DNA of 64,000 nt from Malacoraja senta (taxonomy: Eukaryota): the NCBI GenBank assembly GCA_038087875.1, contig CM075998.1, positions 5,642,001-5,706,000 of the forward strand, written 5' to 3'. Positions 23,332 to 36,711 of the stretch are shown here, piece by piece. The position numbers were made by a program, and so were the translations under genes. The notes beneath the pieces are model-generated. The model did not search any database. It saw nothing but the letters and a program-made list of their open reading frames with translations, and was not told where the DNA came from. Every line of letters begins with the position of its first letter. Position 1 is the stretch's first letter.

Positions 23332-24640
23332 ATTGGAGCTTGTATTTTATATGTCAGGAAGACGCTGGCTACACAATATTAAAAAAAGGAGAAAAAAATC
23401 GACATCAATTGGTTTTACCTTCCATTTATATCCAGGGCTGTAAGAGTTGGCGTGACAGACTGAATGCATTTTTTGTTAATTAAAGACATCATGACCAATA
23501 TCCATGTTGAAATAAAGTTGGGATTATTGAATTTCCTCCTTCAACTACAAACACTGGCTTGTCTGACATGCACAAACGTCCCTCCCTGAACCACTCCCAA
23601 TACCGTTACATAACATTTGCTTTATAACACTGTAACTGCATGCAGGGAACATTTTACACCATTGAATATACAGTGGGAAAGCGTTCTACTTTGCACCTTG
23701 AAAACATATTTGATCTCTTGGTAATCCTAATAGATGTGGAAACAGGATAATTCTGGACCAAACTTGCATCCACAGAAGGGACCAAAATACATAGAGATGA
23801 TTCAGTAGCTTTAACTGCTTCATATACACGAAGGCTTGAATGTTAAAGTGGCACACCCAGCTCTAGGGAGATCACTTCTTTTGCTGCATTGTGTTCTGCG
23901 CTCCTCAGTCATGCTATTTGAAGTCCACATTCCACTCCCATTACCCATCATTGATATGTGCCAATATAAATCAAAATGAATGGACTGGGTGGACACAGGG
24001 TGTCGGCGAATGGCCTTCCGATTTCCAGTACACTGCTCACACTTCCCATTGAGGGAAAAATAACAGTTATAATGAGAGAAGTTTAATAGAATACTGAATT
24101 TGAAGTGCTTTTGATTGAGACACAAACACACAACATTCAAGACATGCAAGATGATAAAAATGTCTTATTTTGCTTCGCAGGTTGGTGTGGAGAAGATTTG
24201 CTTGACTTGGTTTTATGGATCAACAATTTAAAACCAAAATTCAAAGCACAGGAGAGTTACAGGACTCTATGTGAAATATGCTTCCCATCTGCACCTCACA
24301 ATGAATAGTGTTCTTTTACCATTTATTTTAAAAAGACATGGTCTTGGGATTAAGTTTGTTCAGCTGCTCGCTTTTAAGTTAAAACACAACATTAAAAAAA
24401 AGTGATTTATCTGCTCTTTATCAAAGGCATGGACTGTATTTTTACGCATAAGCATTTGCACACCAAAATTCCCATCTCCAATGTTTTGCTGTTTGTTTAA
24501 TTGAAGTTGATGATCCCGACACTTTCGCAGCTCTTGATGCCCAACCACATTAAAAAGGTGCTCTAAATGCAAGTTTGTGTTTTTTGGAGATACAAACTTC
24601 ACAGGGATATGAGTATTTAACTTAAATAGATGGGATAGAG

Positions 24641-25730
24641 TAGCGATGTTACAAAACCTACCTTCAGCGGCGCTGCAGTTCTGCCACTGGCCGTGTGCGC
24701 GACTTTGGCGCCTTTGAGGGGGGGGACGGGATTAAAATGCAGGTTTGTATTGCTTGTCGGAGAGGGATTTCCTCGGGCTGCTAGCTGATGAAGAAAAATG
24801 GATCGGACTTCCGTTCCCGTTTTTTTTCTTTTTAAAATTTTAATAAATCGCTGGACAATTTAATAATTGGATTAAAATAAAATGCGACTTCGAACGCCCT
24901 CAACACCTACAACGTGACGGATCGTAATAACAGGACAAAACAAAGGGTAAGTCGTCTATTTTAAATATAATCTTGCTTCTTGGGATGAATTTGGTTCCAA
25001 TCGATCGCGTTACAGAAACACCCACTCGCAAGATGATTTAAATGCTCATTTTCTTTGGACAATCATGTCATAAGAGCATCTAAATCGTCTATATTTTGTG
25101 TTATTGTCTATCCATAGTCAATATTTTTATACTAAATATACACAACAGTTTTAGCCACATGTGTTGAGCAAAAAATAATAATTTTGATTATATTGAGTGG
25201 ATGTTTCTAGATTAATTTATGGGAATTTATTTAACAATCCGTTACGGACTTACAGCATATAATACAATAATATTAAAGTTCTGATCTTGAGAATATCACA
25301 TTTTTGAATTTTCAAGGCAGTCTGGGTGTTTATTACTATTTCCGTCACAACGGTCAATTTTGTAATTAACTACAATTAGGTAATTAACTAATTATATGCT
25401 TTAATTTCAGGTCATCCAAGTAAGATGTTTTATATTTGTTTCAGAATGCTTCAATCTACAATAACTGAAAATTTCATTCAGTTCTCTTAATTTTTAAAAA
25501 AGTTATGGGCTTTTAACTGTCCTCGATCACAGCTTTTGTGTTAAGTTAATGGAAAAGCAATAGGGAACAAGATGCTAATTTCCGAGTATGAAAACGGCCA
25601 TAACTTTTTTAATACTGAAGATATGAAAGTGAATTAGGTGTCAAATTAAACTTATTTTTATGCTTTATCTGATGGGATAAATTGCAGACTTTTTTAAATT
25701 TTAAAATCTCAAAATGTTGTAACATTGCTA
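24641..25730. mobile_element. Non-autonomous TIR DNA transposon (hAT- or P-like) with 7-bp TSD
   Basis: TIR TAGC(G/A)ATGTTACAA; GATAGAG at 24634-24640 and 25731-25737. Confidence 0.85.
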
Positions 25731-26237
25731 GATAGAGGGAGGAGGTACAGGGCCATTACTTACATTTGCATGAACCATTTGCTGCCTTATAATGCTGCAA
25801 GTGCTGGCATCTCTCCAGTATTGTCAAGAGAAATAAGTGTGAAAAGACCATTGCCGAAACCTTCCAACTAAGGTCTATCTAGTCCTTGCCCAATGCCCAC
25901 CCATGCCGTGGTCTAGCAATGGGACGGCACAGTGGCACAACGGTAGAGTTGCTGCCTTACAGCTCCAGAGACCTGGGTTCAATCCTGACTACGGGTGTTG
26001 TCTGCACGGAATTTGTATGTTCTCCCTATGACCGCGTGGGTGCTCCGGTTTCCGCCCACACTCCAAAGACATACAGGTTTATAGGTTAATTGGCTTTGAT
26101 AAGTTTTTTTTTAACAGGGCTCGAAATTAGCAGTTGCCCGGGTGCCAATGGCAACTTACAGTCCCGCCGGGCAATCTAAAAGCCATGCCATTTTGCCCGG
26201 CTTGGCAAGCAACCGGGACACCCGCCCGCCATCCGTG

Positions 26238-26452
26238 TCCGGGTCTCGGCTCTCCCCTCGGCGCTCGCTCTCGGCGCTAGCTCTCGGCTCTCCGCTCGGC
26301 GCTAGGCTCTCGGGTCTCGCTCGGCTCTCGGGTCTCGGCGCTAACTCTCGGCTCTCCGCTCGGCGCTGGCTCTCGGTTCTCCGCTCGGCGCTGGCTCTTG
26401 GCTCTCCTCTCGGCTCTCGGGTCTCCGCTTGGCTCTCGGGTCTCCGCTCGTC
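26238..26452. repeat. GC-rich (CTCTCGG/CGCTCGG) minisatellite
   Basis: Directly visible; produces the spurious ORFs at 26142-26769. Confidence 0.9.
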
Positions 26453-27616
26453 ACGGCCGGCCGCCTTATACATGCGCACTGCCACGGCCAGCACATCATC
26501 GGCCGTGGTTGTGCGCATGTGCAGCCCTGCACATGCGCACTGCCACGGCAACGTCGGCCACTTTCTCCCTCCCTTTGCATTGGAGTTGTGGCCGACATTG
26601 CTGTCTGGTCGCTGCCTCACCACGACCGTTGAAAAACAACGCAGAATCACTCCCTGGAGCTGCAGTAACTCCCTGGAGTAACTCTTGCTTCTTGGTTTCC
26701 TGGTCCTCCAAAATATTTGAAATGGAATTTAAACTGGTGGACCCACCACCACCAAACTCTGAAAAATAACAGCCTTTTGCATTTTATCTATTTATTGTGT
26801 ATATATATGGTCCATAGTATATAGACACACTGAACTTTTATCTCCTGTTCTGTATTATGTTTACATATTCTGTTATGCTGCAGCAAGCAAGAATTTCATT
26901 GTCCTATCTGGGACACATGACAATAAAATTCTCTTGATTCTTGACTTGGACAAGCAAAAAAGGGTTCTTGGGGAAAAAAAAGCTACCTTAAATTTAGTTG
27001 CGTCAGGTTGGTACCTATGGTAGGGTGAAGACTATTCCATGTTTTAATTGTGCGGGGGAACTCCATGGAGCAGCCAGCATCTCTGGATAGAAAAAAATTG
27101 GGTGACGTTTCGGGTAGAGACCCTTCTTTACATTTCCTCTGGTTTTAGTGTTTTTAGTTTAATTTAAAGATACAGCGTGGAAACAGGCCCTTCGGCCCAC
27201 CGAGTCCACGCCAACCACCGATCACCCGTACACTAGTTCTATCCCACACATCAGCGACGTAAGTCAAGAGTGTTTTATTCTCTCACGTCACAGTTAGAAC
27301 AATGAAATCCTTACTTGCAGCAGCACAACAGAATATGTAAACATAGTACTCTGTAAACAATGTTATAAACGAGAAAACAAAACTCCATACAAACAGCACC
27401 CATATTCAGGATCAATTCCGGGTCTGGCAATTTTAGGCAGCAAATTTATGGCCAATGTACTGCCCCAATAGCCTTGAACTGAATTAAAACATACAGTAGC
27501 TGTAAAGGGGGACATAGCGTCACTTAGAGATTTAAGACTGAAAATGGATAGTTTCATTTTTTTTAGTAACCAAAGTTATCAACGTATAATTTTTTGTGTG
27601 TTGGAAAATAAAATAT

Positions 27617-27835
27617 AGTGGCACAGCTGGTGGACTTGCTGCCTCACACGCCAGAGATCTGTGTTCGATCCTGTTCTCGGGCACTGTCTGTGTTGAATTT
27701 GCACATTCTCCCTGCAAGCATGCGGGTTTCCTCCCAAAGACGCATTAGCTTTGTAGGTTAACTTGTCTCTGTAAAATTGCCCCTAATGTGCAAGGAGTGG
27801 GCGAGGAAAGTGGGATAACAGAACTTGTGTGAATG
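27617..27835 (+). mobile_element. Diverged HE1-type SINE inside the hAT-like element
   Basis: GTTCGATCCTG B box and V-domain. Confidence 0.75.
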
Positions 27836-28275
27836 GGTAGACAAAAATGCTGGAGAAACTCAGCAGGTGAGGCAGCATCTATGGAGCGAAGGAAATAGGC
27901 GACGTTTCGGGTCGAGACCCTTCTTCAGACTGATGTCGGGAGGGGTGGGGGGTGGGAAAAAGAAAGGAAGAGGTGGAGACAGTAGGCTGTGGGAGAGCTG
28001 GGAATGGGAGGGGAAGGAGGGAGAAAGCAAGGACTACCTGAAATTGGAGAAGCCAATGTTCATACCGCTGGGGTGTAAACTACCCAAGCAAAATATGAGG
28101 TGCTGTTCCACCAATTTGCGGTGGGCCTCACTCTGGCCATGGAGGCGGCCCAGGACAGAAAGGTCGGATTCGGAATGGGAGGGGGAGTTGAAGTGCTGAG
28201 CCACCGGGAGTTCAGGTTGGTTATTGCGAACTGAGTGGAGGTGTTGTGGAGGCCTGCGCTTGGTCTCACCGAGGT
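27836..28275 (-). mobile_element. Penelope-like element 3' end (GIY-YIG remnant plus terminal repeat)
   Basis: ORF 28034-28297 contains GETKRR...PVAQHFNSPSHS..DLSVLG...EQHLIF.LGSLHPSGMN. Confidence 0.92.
27898..27932 (-). ncRNA. Minimal hammerhead-ribozyme-like motif in PLE terminal repeat
   Basis: Minus strand CAGT-CTGAAGA-AGGGTCTCGACCC-GAAAC-GTC-GCC. Confidence 0.6.
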
Positions 28276-29419
28276 TGATCATACGCTGAATAACCATATT
28301 TTTGTTTGGAAGTGGAAAGAACTAATAGAAATTGCATTCATTGCAATGTGTAAAAAGAGATGAGATACTGTATTGTAATTTTGCTGCATGTTATTGTGGT
28401 ATATATATCATGTCTTGATTGGTGAATATGTTTAGTTTGTGACTTTATTTGAAGCAGAAATAATATGTGAATGCTTCATTGAGTATAATTCCGACTGGTA
28501 ACTACGCACTTCGTCCAAGCACATTATCGCACGCGTCATGCAAGCCGTCTTAAATGACCACCTAAACTGTCATTTGGCAACCTAAAAAGCTGCCAAGGTT
28601 GCCCGGCTGGCAACAGGGAAAAAAAATTAAGCGAGAGCCCTGAGTCCCTAGTGTGTAGGATAGTGCTAGTGATCGCTGGTCGGCACGGACTCAGTGCGCC
28701 GAAGAGCTTGTTTCCGCATTGCATCTCTAAACACGAAAGTCAATGCTCATTTGGTAAGAGATCTAGATGTATTTTGACAGACCAAAAATCTTAAGCCAAC
28801 TTGAACATCAACTCCAGTGCAAGCTCACCCTTAATGTTCCATAACAACAGCTGAATGGTTTAATGTTTACTTAAGGAATGATTCCAGAGTTCAAAGCAAG
28901 TTTCCTGGGCTACGAGAGTGTTCCTTCAGTGCTTAGTGGTGTAGGGATCTGCATTAGGACACAAATACATTATTAAATATTAACTCGTTGGAATATTATA
29001 TGTCATCTCTTTTTGCAAACTGGACCTCACTCAGATGATCTGGAAAGACGAGCAAAATTCAATGGCATATTATATGATTTTATAATCCCTTTCAATATTG
29101 CAACCACACCTCATCTGAAATTGAACCCAACAATGCGGCAACTCCAGGTGGATGACATCAGAGTGACAGATTTTCCCATGCCACTGCTGATATCCATCAA
29201 TGTGGTGACCAACAAACACTATTGATTCTGCAAATGAGGTCAGAGTAGAGCAAAACGGAGTCTCTCTCAACCCAAACTCACATCAAGCTCATTCATTCTG
29301 TAGCCATGGTGCTGTGCAAGGGAAATGTCAGCTTTGATTATTTTCTGTGAAGAAGGTTTGGATTCCTTGTTGGACAGAGACATTACCTAAAATCTGAAAA
29401 CCGAGTTAAGTCTTAAGTC

Positions 29420-29521
29420 TTCTTCTTCAGAAGGGTCTCGACCCGAAACATCTCCCATTCCTTCTCTCCAGAGATGCTGCCTGTCCCCTACTGAGTTACT
29501 CCAGCACTTTATGTCTATCTT
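29420..29521 (+). mobile_element. PLE terminal unit
   Basis: GAAGGGTCTCGACCCGAAACATC...GAGTTACTCCAGCAC. Confidence 0.8.
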
Positions 29522-29902
29522 TTATTAATAAAATTGTAGCATGCATTCAGCAGATTCTTTGTCCATAGGTCAGTCCAATTTCTAGGCTTGATTTCCAGCT
29601 AGGCAGAAAATAATCCAGAATAGTTCACAGGGGGAAAGATATCTGATCCTGGGAGCATGTCTATGGAGATAAAAGGAGTAGTGAAAGGGTAGATTGTAGT
29701 TCAGCACACCTGCATCTCCTAGCTCGTGAACAGTACAGTTTAAAAATCAGGCCACCTGCCCCATCTACATTAGTCCCACCTGCCCCTGCCTGAGCTATAT
29801 CCCCCTAAATCTTTCCTAGCCATGTATCTATCAAAATATCTTTTAAATGTTGTTATCGTACCCACCTCAACTACCTCCTCTGGCAACTCGTTCCGTACAC
29901 GG

Positions 29903-31019
29903 TATTGGGGGTTCAGTATTGATGTGGATAGAGAACTGGCTGGCAGACAGGAAGCAAATAGTAGGAGTAAACGGGTCCTTTTCAGAATGGCAGGCAGTGA
30001 CTAGTGGGGTACCGCAAGGCTCAATGCTGGGACCCCAGCTATTTACAATATATATTAATGATTTGGACGAGGGAATTGAATGCAACATCTCCAAGGATGA
30101 CACGAAGCTGGGAGGCAGTGTTAGCTGTGAGGAGGATGCTAGGAGGCTGCAAGGTGACTTGGATAGGTTGGGTGAGTGGACAAATGCATGGCAGATGCAG
30201 TATAATGTGGATAAATGTGAGGTTATCCACTTTGGTGGCAAAAACTGGAAAGTAGACTATTATCTGAATGGTGGCCGATTAGGAAAAGGGGAGATGCAAC
30301 GAGACCTGGGTGTCATGGTACACCAGTCATTGAAAGTAGGCATGCAGGTGCAGCAGGCAGTGAAGAAAGCGAATGGTATGTTAGCATTCATAGCAAAAGG
30401 ATGAGTATAAGAGTAGGGAGGTTCTACTGCAGTTGTACAGGGTCTTGGTGAGACCACACCTGGAGTATTGCGTACAGTTTTGGTCTCCTAATCTGAGGAA
30501 AGACATTCTTGCCATAGAGGGAGTACAGAGAAGGTTCACCAGACTGATTCCTGGGATGGCAGGACTTTCATATGAAGAAAGACTGGATAGACTTGGCTTG
30601 TACTCGCTAGAATTTAGAAGATTGAGGGGGGATCTTATAGAAACTTACAAAATTCTTAAGGGGTTGGACAGACTAGATGCAGGAAGATTGTTCCCGATGT
30701 TGGGGAAGTCCAGAACAGGGGGTCACAGTTTAAGGATAAGGGGGAAGTCTTTTAGGGCCGAGATGAGAAAAACATTTTTCACATAGAGAGTGGTGAATCT
30801 CTGGAATTCTCTGCCACAGAAGGTAGTTGAGGCCAGTTCATTGGCTATATTTAAGATGGAGTTAGATGTGGCCCTTGTGGCTAAAGGGATCAGGGGGTAT
30901 GGAGAGAAGGCAGGCACGGGATACTGAGTTGGATGATCAGCCATGATCATATTGAATGGCGTTGCAGGCTCGAAGGGCCGAATGGCCTACTCCTGCACCT
31001 ATTTTCTATGTTTCTATGT
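29903..31019 (+). mobile_element. Young CR1/HER1 LINE, 5'-truncated, nested in an older antisense CR1 (29755-29895 and 31020-31100)
   Basis: RT motifs SGVPQGSMLGPQLF, LQGDLDRL, LVRPHLEYC; CR1 3' UTR and (TTCTATG)-type tail. Confidence 0.95.
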
Positions 31020-31484
31020 ATATCCACCACCCTCGAGTTCCTATTAAATCTTTTCCTCTCACCTTAAACTTCTGGTTCTTGATTCCCCTAATCTGGGTAC
31101 ATTACTCCTTTACTTCAAAAATGTCCTCAGTCCCTGAGGTTGCTGAGTTTCCCAGAGACCTAGGAAACCTGGTAAAATTGGCCTGAATAAAAGACTTCAA
31201 TTGCCAAGCCACCTTCTTGGACTGATTTGACTGGGTTTCCCTTGCCCCACTGCTGTTAAATTCACAGATATGCATGTTGGGGTCAAGATTCAGATTTTTT
31301 ACAAAAACAACTGACATATTTTTAGCCGTTCAGGTTTATGTGCTTATACTAGAGCGAATCAAACAGACACCCATTAATGTGTACAAAGGTTGCAGAATAC
31401 TTAATGGAATTAGAAGCCACAAACTATTAAAAGTGCAGTGAAGAAGCGGAAACTGCTTATGCTGGCATTAACCAGGGCGCCAAA

Positions 31485-31782
31485 GTGACGCCATTGGTGG
31501 AGTCGCTGCCTCACAGCGCCAGAGACACGGGTTCAATTTTGACCTCGGGTATTGTCTATGTTAAGTTTGCACATTCTCCCTATGACCGCGTGGGTTTCCT
31601 CTAGGTGCTCTGGTTTCATCCCACATCCCAAATACATGCAGGTTAATCGGCCGCTGTACATTGCCCCTGGTGTGTCGGGAGTGGATGATAAAAGTGGGAG
31701 AACATAGAACTAGTATGAACGAGTGATCTATGGTCGGCGTGGACTCGGTGGGCCTGTTTCCATGCTGTAACTCTAAATTAAA
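31485..31782 (+). mobile_element. HE1-type V-SINE
   Basis: Head, V-domain and tail. Confidence 0.85.
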
Positions 31783-33039
31783 GTCGTCGAAACAAACGTT
31801 TTTTTCCTTTGGATCCATCACCTTCAAGGAAATATCAGCTTTCAGATTTGGTTGATCTTGTTTAAACACTGAAAATCTTGGAAATATATACATGGGTAAA
31901 GGTTAAGCTGTTTATACAGTCTTGCGAATTCCCAAGAGCACAACACAGAGCAGCAGTTAACAGTTCCCACATTTTGCTCCCCCGATCAAGCTTTCCAGCT
32001 ACCAGGCGATGGGAAGAGTGGATATTGCTGGAAATGGAATACATACAGAGGTCAATGGATAGCTGGCAGTGAAAAGCCTGACAATAATTAAATTAAGGGC
32101 TCAAATGGCATTATAAATCAGAAAGGGTAAAGCCCAAAGCTGACAATAAGGACGTCAATGTTATCTTACGTTGGGGGGGAATCTAAAATGTGCACATTTT
32201 CAGGATTTATAACAGTTGATGTGTCCTGAAATATCATGGTTATTAGTAAATGACAATTATTATTCTAAAATAAATCAGACTGCAATGTCTGACATGAAAT
32301 AAAATCAATACAAACAACACACGCCTCTGCTACACTGTGCTCCTCGGAATATCTTGTGAAATGGGAACATTTTCCGTTCAATTAAAAACACAAAGGCAGT
32401 CCCCCAACCCACCATAAAAACACGGATAAGATTTGAATGTAGATAGGACATGGAAAACACAGGGAAATTATTAAGTCATTCACTAATACACTCCCTATGC
32501 TCCAATCATTATCCCCTTTGAATTGGTCACAATGGTCACTGGACAACAACACATTCTCGTGGTTAGTTGTAGATCTTTTGTATTATATATATTTAAGCAG
32601 TTCCTGATTGAATATTGATTCCTGATTGTGAGCATTCATTCCAATTAAGAGTAATACACTTGGTGTAAACTACAAAGCTTAAATACTGAACCAACATGGA
32701 AACAAGAGCACTGGTGCTTTCTCACCAACCCAACAAAGGATGTTCTTGACCTTCGCAGCCAATTTGCCTGAATGTACAGATGGGCACAGTTGATTCAGTG
32801 ACCTTTATGTTGCAGCATCCTTTAATATGTGAGAGCTGATGATGAACATTTCTCAACTATTTCATGGAGGGGCCAGCAGAAACTAATGATGGCCCCGCAT
32901 GATTTCAACATTTGTACATGTTCTGGCAGCACAGAGAACCAGGTCCTTCATTTTTAGGTGGATCCACAACTTCACAGTCCAGGATATCAAGACCCACTAC
33001 ATAAGTTAACCAAACTCAGCCACACTGGTGATTGTAACA

Positions 33040-33163
33040 TAGTTGTATAGTAGTTTACTTAGTATATTTGTTTGTCTTGTATTATGGTGGTGGGTTCTGT
33101 TTTGTTTTATTGTATTGTAAATATTCTTTTTAATAATTTATTTTTTTCAATATTTTAAAAAAG
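33040..33163 (+). mobile_element. Tx1-like 3' UTR fragment
   Basis: TTGTATTATGGTGGTGGGTTCTG is shared with ~15998-16021. Confidence 0.6.
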
Positions 33164-33184
33164 CAGGTTACCATGCCCAAGCCA

Positions 33185-33550
33185 GTATGTCAAAGAGGAT
33201 TATTTTGAACTTCTACAGGTGTACAATAGAGGGCATATTGACTGGTTGCATCATGGCCTGGCTCGGCAACTTGACCTCCCCACCATCGAAGGGATTTATC
33301 GGCTTCTCTGCCTCAAAAAGGCAGCCAGCATCATCAGAGACCCACACCACCCTGGCCACGCTCTCATTTCACCCCTGTCATTGGGAAGAATGGAGCCTGA
33401 GAACTGTAACGTCCAGGTTCAGGAACAGCTTCTTCCCTACAGCCATCAGGCTATTAAACACTACAACCTCCAAATCAGCTCTGAATTTCAATAGACTATT
33501 ATTATTATTATTATACTGGTATTGTATGTTATTTGAGTATGTATGTGTAT

Positions 33551-33622
<72 letters not shown>

Positions 33623-33782
33623 GTGAGTGTGTATATATGCACACACTGAACTTTTTTTTCTCTCTCTCATTTACCATATTGTTTACTGTGTACTGTGTTT
33701 CCATATTGTGTTGTGCTGCAGCAAGTGAGATTGTCATTGTTCTATCTGGGACACATGACAATAAAACACTCTAGACTCTCTT
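33185..33782 (+). mobile_element. Internally deleted Rex1/Babar-type element containing (TG)n
   Basis: NFYRCTIEGILTGCIMAW, SRFRNSFFPTAIRLLN; GACACATGACAATAAA tail; (TG)n at ~33555-33618. Confidence 0.85.
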
Positions 33783-34414
33783 GTCGATGAGGGGTCCCAG
33801 TCCCATTTTTGAGAGGGATGGGGAAATTCAGAGCAGGTTTAAAAGTTTAAAGATTAAAGAGCTGGTTTAAAAGTTTAAAGTTCACGGTGTAGGATAGGGT
33901 TAAAAACTACTAGCACGTTGCTGGAGAATTCTCGACTGCCAAATAGCAGTCCCAGCCTCCCACAGCTGCCTGCCACTGTAGGCAGCTCAAGAGATTGTAA
34001 GCTTCATTGTGGTAAAGCACAATTTCAAGATTTTTATTAATGAGGAGCTGGAAAAAGTGACGAGTGCTGGTCTGAATCAGTTTAAGGGTGGGACCAGAAA
34101 TGTTAAAAAAAGACTGAACTGGATTACCCAAAACAAATAGCAGCCGTGTTCAAAAGGGAAAACCAAGCTAGACATGGGAACTTTTAATGGCAAGTGTCTA
34201 TTTGCAGCACTGAATGGACCTTGCCGTTTTCCAAAAACATGTGCATCATGCATGTCAAAGAACAGATGGGAAAAGTAATTTTCTGTACAAGACAACATTA
34301 GGAGTCAAATATTTCCCACCAAGATAATCTTTCAATATCCAAGAGAGTGAAAAAAAGGGCTAATTTAAAAAAAGTTATGTGCCCTAGTGATACGAGTTTG
34401 ACTCTACTAAGGGC

Positions 34415-34620
34415 CACAGGGTGCAACACCAAATTGACGGAAGCCAATCAACCTACAAACCCGCACATCTTTGGGATGTGGGAGGAAACCGGAGCACCCG
34501 GAGGAAACCCAACAGTGAAATCCACAGTGGGAAACCCACAGTGAGAACGTGCAAACTCCGTACAGACAGCACCCATAGTCAGGATCAAAACCAGAACTCT
34601 GACGCTGAGAGACAGCAACT
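34415..34620 (-). mobile_element. HE1-type V-SINE fragment
   Basis: V-domain and head. Confidence 0.8.
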
Positions 34621-34744
34621 GAATTGGGGGGGGGGGGGGGGGGAGCGGGGACTTTAAAGGCTTACAGTGGAGCCCAAGACACACTCCTATCCTGCCAAGA
34701 ACCATGAGAATTGTTTAATAGAACAGATCAACCCAAATGTTGAA

Positions 34745-34869
34745 GAAAGAACTGCAGATGCTGGAAAAATCAAAGGTAGACAAAAAATGCTGGAGAAACT
34801 CAGCGAGTGTCGCAGCATCGATGGAGAGAAGGAATTGCCGACGTTTCGGGTCGAGACCCTTCTTCAGAA
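34745..34869 (-). mobile_element. PLE terminal unit with intact hammerhead-like core
   Basis: Minus strand CTGAAGAAGGGTCTCGACCCGAAACGTCGGC. Confidence 0.85.
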
Positions 34870-35844
34870 CGAAATGATATTTTCACCCTCTTCGTCAATT
34901 GTCCAGTGTCGCTGGTGAAGTGGAAACACCATATGGGACCTCGCTATGAAAATGTCATCTGGGCATGAATTACATCCATAACCTTACAATATCAATAAAA
35001 CGTGGAAGCTTCCCAATCCAAGGATCGCGAATCAGTTCCATGCAGTGTAATGGCCACACAGAGAGAGAGTTGATGACTCAATACACAACACATCTATCTA
35101 TCTATCAAGGTCAAATAATAACCGGCAATAATGGCTGTTTAAAAATACATTTGGCATGAATACTGAAGGTTAAAAATACTGCAGATTTTGAAATGGCTTC
35201 AAAATAAGAAAAAAAGGGGAAATAAAACGTTCTCATGGTGATACAGTTTTTAACTTCAGAACATCCATTTTTATACTCCGTTACTCTCCAAGGAGAGAAG
35301 ATATGCATGATAAGTCCAAGTGCATCAACAAGGGGAAAAGAAACTACTAATGTCAATAAAATATTCCAAAAAGGAATGACTTTGCTGGCCTTGTCTGCTG
35401 AAGGAGCAACACTTGTGCAGATCTACAGCTCCATTGGCAGCAGCAGCCATCTGATGTGCTGCCAATGAGTAAGCTGCTTGACCGCTAAAAGGAGCGAGTG
35501 ATCTGGGGCAAAGAGTAGTGAGAAAGCAAGGCCACACTCAGTCCTACCTTCACCTAACATTAATGAGCATGCTCTTTGTAGTGGGGGGTTGGGGGGGGGG
35601 GCACTAAACTGGAATGTGAGATTAAAGACTTGTGTGATTTTCTGCTTCCTAGTGAGGTCGAGATGGTGTAGAAGGTCAAGACTTTTTCCTCGGGTGGAAA
35701 TGTCAAGAGACTAGAGAGAATAGCTTTAAGGTGGGAAGGACACATTTTTAAAGTGGATTTGCTTTGTTTGTTTTTCACAGAGCGTGGCGATTGCTTGGAA
35801 CGTGCTGCTGGGGGTGGTGGAGGTGGTGATGGTGGTGCAGGCAG

Positions 35845-36140
35845 TGGCAGCACTGTGGCCCCACGGTAGAGTTGCTGCCTTACAGTGCCAGAGACCCACG
35901 TTCGATTCTGACTACACTTGCTGTCTGTATGGAGTTTGTACGTTCTCCCCCTAACCGCAAGGGTTTTCTTCGGGTGCTCCAGTTTCTTCCCACACTTCAA
36001 AGATGTACAAGTTATTGGCTTCTGTACATTGTAAATTGTCCCTATGTGTAGGATAATGCTAGAGTATAGGATGATCGCTGGTCGGCACGCACTGGGTGGG
36101 CCGAAGGGCCTGTTTCCACGCTGTATCTCTGAAGTCTAAA
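35845..36140 (+). mobile_element. HE1-type V-SINE nested in an old CR1 3' end (~35630-36295)
   Basis: CR1 text TTTTTCACAGAGCGTGG...TGGAAC resumes after the SINE. Confidence 0.8.
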
Positions 36141-36711
36141 GTTATGATAGTGGCATTTAAGAGGCTTTTGCATAGGCACACGGATATGCAGGGATATAGA
36201 TTATGTGCAGGCAGACAAGAGTTGGTCTTGACATAGTGTTCAGCAATCATGCTGTGGGCCGAAGGGCCTGTTCCTGTGCTGTACTGTTCTATGTTAAAAG
36301 CTGTGAGGTTGAGTAGAGCAGCTATAGAGAGTGTGTTTTAAGTAAAATACCGCTGATGAGTATAAAATAGATTTTGACCTTGTAGCAAATATGGTGTACG
36401 AGGCAACATTCGATCTGCGATAGGCCACATCCCTGATCATATTGAAATGGCGGTGCAGGCTCGAAGGGCCGAATGGCCTACTCCTGCACCTATTTTCTAT
36501 GTATCTATGTATCTAACCCAAATATACATTCAGATTGCTAGCTCTCCTGTAAAAATGAATTGCAAACCTAATCAATATCGAGTATGGACCTGCATTTCTG
36601 CATAAAAACTGCAATTCCTAACAGCTCTGCTGCTGTGGCATTAAAAAAAAAGGGATCAATCACTTGTAGGTTTGTTGGGTAGTCATTTAAATTAGAGCCT
36701 GAGCTGGAATA

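Larger units (their letters stand above)
26115..28642. mobile_element. hAT-like non-autonomous element with a heterogeneous interior
   Basis: Ends CAGGGCTC...GAGCCCTG; clustered GGCAAC/GTTGCC subterminal motifs at both ends; no clean TSD. Confidence 0.7.
25921..28735 (+). mobile_element. HE1-type V-SINE split by a hAT-like element (halves 25921-26114 and 28643-28735)
   Basis: SINE text ...GGTTAATTGGCTTTGATAAG resumes as GTCCCTAGTGTGTAGGATAG after the insert. Confidence 0.85.

Noticed and set aside
24160-24308. Acceptor-like TTATTTTGCTTCGCAG followed by an open frame (WCGEDLLDLVLW...)
   Set aside because: The peptide is not recognisable and no partner exons were found; needs RNA-seq.
26142-26769. 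Ser/Ala/Arg-rich ORFs
   Set aside because: Translation of a minisatellite in a transposon end.
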